A stretch of DNA of 64,000 bases from a virus. Below the pieces are notes generated by a model. The model saw only the letters and a list, made by a program, of their open reading frames with translations, was not told where the DNA came from and did no database searches. The DNA lies in the IMG/VR virus record IMGVR_UViG_3300045988_079296, positions 34,613 through 98,612 of that record, one strand, 5' to 3'. The translations under genes and the position numbers were made by a program. Shown piece by piece: positions 9,335 through 16,913 of this stretch. Position 1 is the first letter of the stretch. Every line of letters starts with the position of its first letter.

Positions 9335-10438
9335 CTATAATGATTTTGTTTTCGGTACAAATTTACTTCGTTGCTTACCCTCTCCGATAATCATCTTCCA
9401 ATACTTCTGAAATTCGCAAAGCCACATTTCAATTTGGTGAAGAGTTATATTGGGCTCATCTGACGTGTAATATTCTCCGTCCTCCATATCCCAATACAGA
9501 TAGGGAAAGTTTTCTTTTTTCTCTTCGCTTATTCTTCCCAACCATTCTTCTGCCAAATCTCTTAACCAATATATGGCAGGTTTTTGTTCTCGGAGCGTAG
9601 AAAGGTTTGGATATATGAGACGAATGCCGATACTACACCCTGGCCCAACGTTCGTGAAGTCGTTTTGGTCAAACTTCATAAAACGTCTGCCCGTGTACTT
9701 CGGTATATATGTGAAGTCCTGATAGAACTCATGAGCAATAAAATCGGCTACCGCAGGGAACGTTTTCAAGTACTCAATAATCTCTTCTGGCTTCTTAGCG
9801 GTCATCACCTTAGCAATGAGCTTATCCATGTTCTTATGCAGATGCGGAATAACAACCCTTGTATAGCAATAGTCTCTCGGTTGACCAGGTGTTGCTTGAG
9901 AGTTAATCAAGTAAGCAGTTGTATAAGGGTTTTGCCCCGAACTACGAACGCCAGCAATGAAACGGCTGAACTCGTCCTCATCGTATTCATCCCAATCGGG
10001 TATGCCGTTCTTCCACTTTGTAGCCGCAATCAATTCGTCTTTCGATTGAGCTTGTTTTAATCCCGATTTCACTGGTGCTCCAAATAAGCTCGGTTGAAGT
10101 GTTTTTCCTTTCGGCTCAAACATAAACGTTTCGGGGCAATTAAAGAAGCGGAAAACCATCATCTTCCAAACCAAGTTCTTCAACGACAAACTTTCGTCAA
10201 GAAGAATGTTCTTGATTTGCCATTGACTATTTCGGTCAAGCTCCCGATACACGTTGGTGAACTTTGACTCTTGAAAAATCTTGTTCTTTGTCCAAGGTCG
10301 TTCTTTCCCGTCTATGAACCTCCGTTTCCATATAAGCTGGCGTTCATACATAGTCTCAAAGAACAAACGCAAATGAGGCTCGTACACCTCAAGATTTTCG
10401 TCAGGTAACTTATCGTACCATGCTGCATTTTCAAACAT
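9335..10438 (-). CDS. alpha-glutamyl/putrescinyl-thymine pyrophosphorylase (aGPT-Pplase)-like DNA base hypermodification protein
   Basis: 367 aa. The N-terminal block YERQLIWKRRFIDGKERPWTKNKIFQESKFTNVYRELDRNSQW matches my recollection of the aGPT-Pplase family signature (PWT...F.N.YRE.DR). Not verified by a profile search. Confidence 0.6.
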   Translation of the reverse strand: MFENAAWYDKLPDENLEVYEPHLRLFFETMYERQLIWKRRFIDGKERPWTKNKIFQESKFTNVYRELDRNSQWQIKNILLDESLSLKNLVWKMMVFRFFNCPETFMFEPKGKTLQPSLFGAPVKSGLKQAQSKDELIAATKWKNGIPDWDEYDEDEFSRFIAGVRSSGQNPYTTAYLINSQATPGQPRDYCYTRVVIPHLHKNMDKLIAKVMTAKKPEEIIEYLKTFPAVADFIAHEFYQDFTYIPKYTGRRFMKFDQNDFTNVGPGCSIGIRLIYPNLSTLREQKPAIYWLRDLAEEWLGRISEEKKENFPYLYWDMEDGEYYTSDEPNITLHQIEMWLCEFQKYWKMIIGEGKQRSKFVPKTKSL

Positions 10439-10439
10439 C

Positions 10440-10781
10440 TTATAAACTTTTAGTATTTAATCTCATAAAAAACTCTCGTTTGGCTTCCACATTACCCTTC
10501 TTCATTAAGTTCAAAAGAACTTTCTTGGGCATCTTTCGGAACGGTCTTTGTTTAGCGTTAATCAACTTCACAAACCTAACATCTAAGTTACAGCGTTGCG
10601 GGTTGCCGCTGGGGTAGAACTTACTGCATATGTTTGTAGATAACAAAGGACAATACCAATTGCCGTGGAAGCCAGTTATTTCAAATTTGGTTTTGCCCCA
10701 AACGCTATCATCGCTGTCTCGGACAATATCTCCATTCTTAAAATATTTCCAAACTTTTTGGTCTGTATTCTCGCTCGGCAT
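10440..10781 (-). CDS. hypothetical protein (113 aa)
   Basis: Minus-strand ORF starting 2 nt after the upstream stop. No recognisable motif. Confidence 0.6.
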   Translation of the reverse strand: MPSENTDQKVWKYFKNGDIVRDSDDSVWGKTKFEITGFHGNWYCPLLSTNICSKFYPSGNPQRCNLDVRFVKLINAKQRPFRKMPKKVLLNLMKKGNVEAKREFFMRLNTKSL

Positions 10782-10810
10782 AATTAATCATATTTTCCTT
10801 ATTAACGTTG

Positions 10811-10845
10811 AAAAAGAAAGCTCCGAACTTCGCAGCCCAGAGCTT
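10811..10845 (-). terminator. Rho-independent terminator after 10880-11533
   Basis: Minus-strand RNA AAGCUCUGGGC-UGCGAA-GUUCGGAGCUU (11 bp including G-U pairs) followed by UCUUUUU. Confidence 0.65.
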
Positions 10846-10879
10846 ACCCCATGTCCTCAAATTAAAACAAAGAACCTCC

Positions 10880-11533
10880 TTAAAAACGGAATGTAGCAAA
10901 CTGTTTAGGAGTCAACTCATACTCTTTTTCATCCTTTAGGCTTTGCACTACTCGGCATGCTTCCAAATCTACCATGACGTTACATACCGCTCGAACGCAA
11001 TCATTGTATTGGTTACGTGCCATTGCTTCGGCTTCGGTTTTAGCAAAATTGTACTTCTTTTCCATTTCGGCTGTGTGTTCGGCAGATAGAGTTTCAACCA
11101 TTCGGTCATCCGTTGATTTCATTCTCATTTCCTCCCAATCGTAAACCTTGAATGGAACTTCGATACGCAAGTCATCGGTCCACCAAGGGTTGATGTCCTT
11201 AGTAGGAGCTTGACCGCAAGATTTCAAACACTCGTTAGCTTCCTTTTTCTTAGTAGCTAATGCAGCATTAAGTTCGGGAATGAGGATGTCTGTAACGTTC
11301 TTCTTAATCTCCTTTCCAGTCTTGGTGACTTTGATATCACCTCCGTACTGAATGGCGTTCATAACGTCAGATTTCTCAATTTCTTGGGCAGCTACATCAA
11401 ACGGGTTGGCATCGCTTTCTCCCTTTTGAATAGCTTCCTCCGAAGGCTGATTAAGGTCACCTTCAAAACCTTTCAAGAGGTGAGCATGTTGTTTCGCTCT
11501 CGCTCCGTGAATTGCATCATGAATTTCGTTCAT
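10880..11533 (-). CDS. hypothetical protein (217 aa)
   Basis: ATG-initiated ORF followed by a hairpin/U-run terminator. Helical, E/K/A-rich. Confidence 0.65.
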   Translation of the reverse strand: MNEIHDAIHGARAKQHAHLLKGFEGDLNQPSEEAIQKGESDANPFDVAAQEIEKSDVMNAIQYGGDIKVTKTGKEIKKNVTDILIPELNAALATKKKEANECLKSCGQAPTKDINPWWTDDLRIEVPFKVYDWEEMRMKSTDDRMVETLSAEHTAEMEKKYNFAKTEAEAMARNQYNDCVRAVCNVMVDLEACRVVQSLKDEKEYELTPKQFATFRF

Positions 11534-11540
11534 TTCTTTG

Positions 11541-12515
11541 TTATTTTATTAAACTACCATAAAAATCTTCCAGTGTGTACGCCTTATTATAACTGTACGT
11601 GTTCTTGTTTGCGTTCACGTCATCAAGCATTATCTCAAGTAAGCTCTTACCGCTACGTGAGTGATAGTCCGTTTCGTTGTAAACAGATAGATTGAGCCAT
11701 GTTAGTTTTAAGTTGAAAAGAACCTTTCCCAATACATCTTCGTATTTCATGCCCGTAAACTCGGAGAACCTTCCAGCAATCCATTGACCCATGGTAATCA
11801 AATCAACGTCCTTCGGCTCTTTATACGGAGAAATTGATTCAATAAACTTCTCAAACCCCTTATCACCTATACCCTTCTTAACCTTCGGAACATTATCGGA
11901 TGTATCCCCCATGAGAACTTTATAAAGAAGAACCTCAAACGGCTTATTGGGAATGACTTGTATGTCCGTCTCCAAATATTCGTTCCAAAATACTTCCTTC
12001 TCTGGAATACAATACATCTTTAGGTTTTTAGAGTTATTGTTGAACAATGAAACGTTCTTGTTCATGATTTGCCTAATATCGGAGTCACCCGTAATTATTA
12101 CCAATTCCTCGTCCAAAATATATCCGAAGTAAAGTGACCAGACATAAAGAAGGTCATCGCCCTCTGCTCCCATGACCCTACTGACGATAATTCCCTTTTT
12201 CCGAAGAAGAGCCTCAAACATATCTAAACAAGTCAGAAAATGCTTGTAATATGGGTCTCTGACTTTGGTAAGAGCGTACTTATAATCATCGTAGATATTG
12301 TAACGCCAACTGGAAGAGTCAATAACAAACGCAACTCTCTTTATATCTCGGAACTTACCCAGAGCGAAGCACATATCAATTATGCACTTGCGCATGAGCA
12401 CTTGTTGTTTCTCCCTATCTTGGAGAACTTCTGCCATATCCTGCCCCTTGTAATAGGTTGAGAATACATTGAACGTCTTGTGGAATAAATAATTTCCGTC
12501 AAATAGTATATTCAT
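11541..12515 (-). CDS. 5'-3' exonuclease / flap endonuclease (T4 RNase H, FEN family)
   Basis: Motifs VAFVIDSSSWRYNIYDDYKYALTK, GAEGDDLLY, TGDSDIRQ and GDTSDNVPKVKKGIGDKGFEKF fit the PIN-like FEN fold. The tracked GTG start at 12569 lies inside the upstream terminator hairpin, so ATG 12515 is preferred. Confidence 0.8.
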   Translation of the reverse strand: MNILFDGNYLFHKTFNVFSTYYKGQDMAEVLQDREKQQVLMRKCIIDMCFALGKFRDIKRVAFVIDSSSWRYNIYDDYKYALTKVRDPYYKHFLTCLDMFEALLRKKGIIVSRVMGAEGDDLLYVWSLYFGYILDEELVIITGDSDIRQIMNKNVSLFNNNSKNLKMYCIPEKEVFWNEYLETDIQVIPNKPFEVLLYKVLMGDTSDNVPKVKKGIGDKGFEKFIESISPYKEPKDVDLITMGQWIAGRFSEFTGMKYEDVLGKVLFNLKLTWLNLSVYNETDYHSRSGKSLLEIMLDDVNANKNTYSYNKAYTLEDFYGSLIK

Positions 12516-12530
12516 GTTATATCCTTTTCT

Positions 12531-12569
12531 AAAATAAACCGTGGGGCAATCTCCGAAGAAACGCCCCAC
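12531..12569 (-). terminator. Rho-independent terminator after 12590-13375
   Basis: GC-rich arms gtggggc (12541-12547) and gccccac (12563-12569), with an inner UCU-UCGG-AGA extension. Followed on the minus strand by GGTTTATTTT. Confidence 0.7.
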
Positions 12570-12589
12570 AGTCTAACAACTAATTCAGA

Positions 12590-13375
12590 TTATTTAAGCA
12601 ACTTTACTTTTGATGTCTGAGCTTGCTTACTCTCAGATACTCCTTTATGAATTTGAGTGTTCTTTCCATCCTTTACTCCGAAAGCGAAGCAAGAGTCATG
12701 TTTGGCATTCGGTTGCTTTCTTCCCTTGGCATAACCTCCGAACTTTTGAGCTACATATGTATCAATCTCCGCTCCCGTCCGAACTACCAAGGCTGTAACC
12801 TTCGTGCCATAGTCCTTATCTTCGTTTTGCACCTTCTCACGGTCACTCTCTTCCTTGAACTTCATATCCAATCCTGCGGCACAACCTTCCAAATATCTCC
12901 GAAGGTATGTATCAAGTCCGATAGGTTTTACAAGATAGTCCATTGTTTCCTGATACTCCTTGTATCTGTTCTTCCCGAAGGCTATGAACTTCTCACACAG
13001 CATATTGTATAACCACTTAACGGTTTCCATGTTCTCTTCCTTACCGAAGAAAATCATGTTTTTGTCCTTTTGTTTCCCATAGCGGAATACCTTACAAAAG
13101 TTCCACTTACAAATAACGAACATCAACTTGAACTCCCAATCACCTCCGATAAACTTGAAGCGGTAGCAAGACATGATGTTTTCTTTAACAACGTCTCTTT
13201 CTTGCTCTTCCTGAGATACGTCACCCATAGTAAGGTTGTACTGAGTAAGCAGCCGTTGAATTGCGGCAGCCGCAGCATTTGCTTCGCCTTCGGAATTGAT
13301 TTTCTTTGCTCCTTCGTACAAACGCATTAACTTTTGAAGTTTCGTCTTAATCTTGTCTAAATTTGTTGCTTCCAT
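12590..13375 (-). CDS. DUF2786-like protein
   Basis: 261 aa. The N-terminal KLQKLMRLYEGAKKINSEGEANAAAAAIQRLLTQYNL resembles the DUF2786 helix-repeat motif. Driven by promoter P1 and followed by a terminator. Confidence 0.5.
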   Translation of the reverse strand: MEATNLDKIKTKLQKLMRLYEGAKKINSEGEANAAAAAIQRLLTQYNLTMGDVSQEEQERDVVKENIMSCYRFKFIGGDWEFKLMFVICKWNFCKVFRYGKQKDKNMIFFGKEENMETVKWLYNMLCEKFIAFGKNRYKEYQETMDYLVKPIGLDTYLRRYLEGCAAGLDMKFKEESDREKVQNEDKDYGTKVTALVVRTGAEIDTYVAQKFGGYAKGRKQPNAKHDSCFAFGVKDGKNTQIHKGVSESKQAQTSKVKLLK

Positions 13376-13388
13376 AACTTGATATTTT

Positions 13389-13406
13389 CAATTTGATTTA
13401 CAATTT
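13389..13406 (-). promoter_or_regulatory. conserved leader motif AAATTGTAAATCAAATTG (copy 1)
   Basis: Minus strand AAATTGTAAATCAAATTG, 13 nt before ATG 13375 and downstream of the P1 -7 box. Confidence 0.45.
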
Positions 13407-13422
13407 ATATTTCCAATTACAG

Positions 13423-13457
13423 TACAAAGATACGGACTATTTTTGTAACCGCAAAAT
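13423..13457 (-). promoter_or_regulatory. Bacteroidota sigma-A-type promoter P1 (TTTG-N19-TAtcTTTG) for 12590-13375
   Basis: Minus strand reads TTTGCGGTTACAAAAATAGTCCGTATCTTTGTA. The -7 box is at 13432-13425 and the -33 TTTG at 13455-13452, with exactly 19 nt between. Confidence 0.75.
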
Positions 13458-13484
13458 ATTTTGCCAACTTTTTTACGTTTTTAA

Positions 13485-13691
13485 CTAATTTTCTGCATTC
13501 CCGCAGTCCAAAGTGAAATTCTTTATCTCCGTTATGGATTTTATTTCGGCTCTTCCAAGAAGATTTATCAACGGCTCTACAAAGTCAGAAGCGCAAACCG
13601 TACTGGATTGGGTTGCCGTTCTCATCAACTCCAAAAATTGTTTCCCATCGCTCTCGCTAAATTCTAATTTTTGTGCAATTTCTATAATCAT
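13485..13691 (-). CDS. hypothetical protein (68 aa)
   Basis: ATG-initiated minus-strand ORF. The start codon sits at the 3' edge of an 8-bp hairpin. Confidence 0.55.
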   Translation of the reverse strand: MIIEIAQKLEFSESDGKQFLELMRTATQSSTVCASDFVEPLINLLGRAEIKSITEIKNFTLDCGNAEN

Positions 13692-13718
13692 ACCCGTAAA
13701 CGTTTAAATCTACGGGTA
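13691..13718 (-). other. 8-bp hairpin whose 3' arm ends in the start codon of 13485-13691
   Basis: Arms tacccgta (13691-13698) and tacgggta (13711-13718). On the minus strand TACCCGTA-N12-TACGGGTA then TG, so the A of the ATG is the last stem base. No U-run, so this is not a classical terminator. Confidence 0.3.
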
Positions 13719-13727
13719 TTATAAATG

Positions 13728-15209
13728 TCAAGCTACAAAGTCCTTGACGAACCCAAGATAATGTTTCGCCCTCGTATAAGCTACATAAACAAGATTGCTT
13801 TCTTGCTCTGCCATCCAAGGAACGTTCATGCAAGGCTTAAACCACAACTTATCTTCGCATATGATAAATACTCGGTCACTCTCCAACCCCTTCGATTTAT
13901 GAATGGTGCTTAGACAAATACCCGATTTATTTCCATCGGAGAAGATTGTTTCAATACGGTCAATAACTTCTTTGGCGGTTTGTAATCCTTCGGAAAGAAC
14001 CTCAATTGCTTTGACCTTATCTTCGTATCTTTTATAAACATCGCTCTCCCGTGCTTCCTTTTCGGTGCATTTCTGCTTGCTAACCACCTTTCCTATTATC
14101 CGTGATAATTCTCTCTGGAGACGTTCTTCCACGTCCTTAATCTGCTTGCGATTGGTCTTTTTAATCATATTAACGAGATTGGTTCCAATATCCCTTCCCT
14201 TAACATATGCTTTAACTCCCGAACTGATATATTTCATACATAAATCTACCAAAGGAGCTGTGAGACGGCAAAGCACCATATCTCCGTCTTGTATCTCGGA
14301 TAAAGTTGCATTGCGATTTACCATTCCCGAAGGAGCATTATCACGTGCTTCTATTTGGGGCACGATACTTTTGGCAAGGTCAATTATGTCCTTATCGCAA
14401 CGGTAGCATACCGATAACGGAAGTTTAACCGTGCCAGGAATTTTCTTTAACAAATTGAAACTCTCAACGTCCGCTCCTGCGAACCCGTATATTGCTTGTC
14501 TTGGGTCGCCTACTGCAATGAACCTTCCTCCGTTCGGCTTAACGCATTTCAAGAATAATTCCCGTTGAGCTGCATTAAGGTCTTGGCACTCGTCTATAAA
14601 TACCCAATCATATTTGAATATTTTCAATTGCTTAACGTTCGGGAAGTATATCATGTCGGTAAAGTCTATGAAAGCTGTTTCCCGTTCTCCCCATTGAATA
14701 CCTTTGAGAGCCAAATCGGCTTCGTTATCTAAGAGGTCAATATCATGCTTGTAAGAAAGGTCTTCAAGTTCAGCTACGGTCTTGACTAAATTACATCTGC
14801 CAAGGTCTATAAGTTTGAGAATATTTTGCTTCCAAGCTCCCATTTGCTCATCGGGAAGAGGAACTGACGGAACTAAGTTTGAATAATTTACTCCGTTATT
14901 AACCCAAACCCGATACTTATCATCTTGAATTTGACAATCTAAGTTTCTCATACATAAAGAAGCTCCAAGACTGTGTAAGGTCTTTATATCTACGTTGGGC
15001 ATATTCCCTATTTTGATTTTCAGCTCTTCCACGATAGCCTTATTGAAAGCCAAGAACAAAACTCTTTTCCCTTTCGGAATTTGTTTCAACGCTTCTACTA
15101 TTGTTGTAGATTTACCCGAACCCGCCACTGCGTCTATAACCGCATTGCCCTTACCTATCCGAATGTAGGTGTAAACAGTTCTTTGATATTTGCTTGGTAA
15201 AAATGCCAT
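13728..15209 (-). CDS. UvrD/PcrA-like SF1 DNA helicase (copy 1)
   Basis: Walker A AVAGSGKST, FIDECQDL, VGDPRQAIYGFAGA, LSVCYRC, LSTIHKSKGLE, VYVAYTRAK. Promoter P2 is 29 nt upstream. Confidence 0.9.
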   Translation of the reverse strand: MAFLPSKYQRTVYTYIRIGKGNAVIDAVAGSGKSTTIVEALKQIPKGKRVLFLAFNKAIVEELKIKIGNMPNVDIKTLHSLGASLCMRNLDCQIQDDKYRVWVNNGVNYSNLVPSVPLPDEQMGAWKQNILKLIDLGRCNLVKTVAELEDLSYKHDIDLLDNEADLALKGIQWGERETAFIDFTDMIYFPNVKQLKIFKYDWVFIDECQDLNAAQRELFLKCVKPNGGRFIAVGDPRQAIYGFAGADVESFNLLKKIPGTVKLPLSVCYRCDKDIIDLAKSIVPQIEARDNAPSGMVNRNATLSEIQDGDMVLCRLTAPLVDLCMKYISSGVKAYVKGRDIGTNLVNMIKKTNRKQIKDVEERLQRELSRIIGKVVSKQKCTEKEARESDVYKRYEDKVKAIEVLSEGLQTAKEVIDRIETIFSDGNKSGICLSTIHKSKGLESDRVFIICEDKLWFKPCMNVPWMAEQESNLVYVAYTRAKHYLGFVKDFVA

Positions 15210-15235
15210 AATCTTGAAATTTAAGTAGTTGTTGA

Positions 15236-15270
15236 TACAAAGGTACGGAGTAATTTTGTAACTACAAAAC
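15236..15270 (-). promoter_or_regulatory. Bacteroidota sigma-A-type promoter P2 for the UvrD-like helicase 13728-15209
   Basis: Minus strand reads TTTGTAGTTACAAAATTACTCCGTACCTTTGTA. The -7 box is at 15245-15238 and the -33 TTTG at 15268-15265, N19 spacing. Confidence 0.75.
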
Positions 15271-15305
15271 TTTTTGTCAATTATTTTTCTTTTTAACTTT
15301 GTTTA

Positions 15306-15341
15306 ACAAAAAGAGGAATAACTTCACAGTCACCCCTCCCT
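15306..15341 (-). terminator. possible terminator after 15369-15650
   Basis: Weak 6-bp stem (gaggaa 15312-15317, tccctc 15336-15341, one G-U) with an 18-nt loop, followed by CTTTTTG on the minus strand. Confidence 0.35.
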
Positions 15342-15368
15342 CGTTACAGCTTTACTATGGCAGTACAG

Positions 15369-15650
15369 CTATACATTTAAAATCAAATTGTCGCTTTTCA
15401 AAAGTCCTTCCAGCTTTTCTTCGGTAGGTATCCAGCCGCAAACAAAGACAATCGTTTCTCCTTGAGCTTTTGCAGCCTTATGCCAAGCATCTGATAGCTT
15501 CTTGAACCTTTGGTTGTGCATATAAAAATCGAAGTCTGAAACGGATATTTCCCACCAACTTCTATTCTTGTATGCGTAGGCAATCAAACCATCTTGCATT
15601 CCTTCTACCTTTTGGAGTATGCTCAAAATAAAATCTTCAATCTTCTTCAT
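15369..15650 (-). CDS. hypothetical protein (93 aa)
   Basis: ATG-initiated minus-strand ORF overlapping the upstream gene end by 14 nt. Confidence 0.6.
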   Translation of the reverse strand: MKKIEDFILSILQKVEGMQDGLIAYAYKNRSWWEISVSDFDFYMHNQRFKKLSDAWHKAAKAQGETIVFVCGWIPTEEKLEGLLKSDNLILNV

Positions 15651-16248
15651 ACATGAATTTGTTGAACTCTTCTTCTCCGATAACTAACTTCAACCGCTCG
15701 GATAACAAACTGAGGTGTACTTCCTCGTCCGCAATCAGCTTAGACGTTAATTGCATTGCTATCGTCATTGTCTTGGAATAGTTCTCCGATACTTCAGATA
15801 TTCTCGCTTGAATACCTTCGTAGAAACGGATTGTTTCTTGCTCGGCTGTTATCGCTATCTTCAACGCTTCTTCTGCGTCTTTCCCAACCTTTACGCCTGA
15901 GTTTACAAAACGTTGGTCTATCTTACCGCCTAACTTACGAATGAAGTCTGAAAGTTTATCGTAGTGCTTCATTTCAGTCATTCCAATACCCAACATCAGC
16001 TCTCCTATATCTTCAAAAGTCGCTTCTTGGGTAGTGTACATATGTATGGCTGTAAGCTCGGAGAAAGAGTTTGAACCGTTATGTATCGGATAGAACCATT
16101 CAGCTGCTACTCCGTCATCCGCTTTCGCCCCATCATACTCTGGATATTCATAATCGGGGTTTGAATAGCGCATAGCATTTACCAACCCGTCAGTAAGGTC
16201 GTCAAGTTGATTTTTGCTCAACGGCTTCATTTTCGCAAAGTCTTTCAT
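15637..16248 (-). CDS. ferritin-like di-iron carboxylate four-helix-bundle protein
   Basis: E...EMKH...E...EEVH spacing (SELTAIHMY, MTEMKHYDKL, AEQETIRFYEG, ADEEVHLSLL) fits the E / ExxH / E / ExxH di-iron pattern of rubrerythrin/ferritin-like proteins. The tracked start 16257 is TTG; the first ATG is 16248. Confidence 0.55.
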   Translation of the reverse strand: MKDFAKMKPLSKNQLDDLTDGLVNAMRYSNPDYEYPEYDGAKADDGVAAEWFYPIHNGSNSFSELTAIHMYTTQEATFEDIGELMLGIGMTEMKHYDKLSDFIRKLGGKIDQRFVNSGVKVGKDAEEALKIAITAEQETIRFYEGIQARISEVSENYSKTMTIAMQLTSKLIADEEVHLSLLSERLKLVIGEEEFNKFMYEED

Positions 16249-16441
16249 ATTCCTCAATTTTTCTTTGTTTATCTTCTTCGGTCATATTGCAAGTGCGTCC
16301 TATAATGTTACTTGATAATATCTTCACGCTTCCATCAGGCTGCTTTTGCATCATAGTTTCAACGGCAAAGTCGTTACCTTGACCGAAGTCAACCCCGATA
16401 AACAAACCTTTGCCGTTGGTGAATTGTTGGAACTGTCTCAT
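16202..16441 (-). CDS. hypothetical protein (79 aa)
   Basis: ATG shares one base with the dUTPase stop (TAATG overlap). Overlaps the next gene by about 47 nt. Confidence 0.55.
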   Translation of the reverse strand: MRQFQQFTNGKGLFIGVDFGQGNDFAVETMMQKQPDGSVKILSSNIIGRTCNMTEEDKQRKIEEYERLCENEAVEQKST

Positions 16442-16896
16442 TATTTCATTCCCGTGTGTCCATAACCTCCCGCACCTCTCTCGGAGTCACGCTGAAAGCC
16501 TTCTACTGGTTTCCATGTAGCTTGGAATAAACCGCCTGAGCCGTTGCACACCGCCTGAGCAATTCTCTCCCCTCTCTTAACAACAAACGTCTCGTTGCTG
16601 AGATTAATCAAAGGCACTCCAACTTCTCCTTGGTAGTCGGCATCTATTGTGCCAGGTGCGTTGATAACTGTTATGCCTTTCTTAACAGCCAAACCGCTTC
16701 TCGGTCTTATCTGCATTTCGGCATCCGTAGGTAGCTCAACATATACTCCCGTAGGAACAACGCAACGTTCCATGGGTTGAAGTACAATGTCATTAACGTT
16801 TGCAGCATACAAATCTGCTCCTGCCGAAAGTTCGGTTGCATAATAGGGAAGTTTACCAAAACCTTTGATAATAATTCTTACGTCTCTCTTTTCCAT
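16441..16896 (-). CDS. dut: dUTP diphosphatase (trimeric dUTPase)
   Basis: AGADLYA, RPRSGLAVKKGI, GTIDADYQGEV, GERIAQ and a C-terminal RGAGGYGHTG P-loop-like motif are the classical dUTPase motifs 1-5. Confidence 0.95.
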   Translation of the reverse strand: MEKRDVRIIIKGFGKLPYYATELSAGADLYAANVNDIVLQPMERCVVPTGVYVELPTDAEMQIRPRSGLAVKKGITVINAPGTIDADYQGEVGVPLINLSNETFVVKRGERIAQAVCNGSGGLFQATWKPVEGFQRDSERGAGGYGHTGMK

Positions 16897-16913
16897 TGTT
16901 GTTTATTTAATTG

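Noticed and set aside
9584-10060. Other long plus-strand ORFs (9584-10060, 16995-17510, 38160-38714, 12623-13012, 52749-53129 and the remaining plus-strand entries)
   Set aside because: Each lies wholly inside a longer minus-strand gene with recognisable motifs. No plus-strand promoter or terminator was seen. An AT-rich antisense strand often stays open by chance.
12516-12569. N-terminal extensions produced by TTG/GTG starts in the ORF track (for example 12569, 20306, 23634, 26347, 28257, 39220, 47628)
   Set aside because: The extensions run through terminator hairpins or the conserved leader motif and overlap upstream genes. An ATG in good context lies just downstream in each case.
16202-16257. 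Frameshift fusion of 16202-16441 with the ferritin-like gene at an A5 run, and of the aGPT-like gene with 8995-9330
   Set aside because: Formally possible, with the same +1 geometry. However, both downstream genes have their own ATG within a few codons and the upstream C-termini look normal, so there is no positive evidence for fusion.
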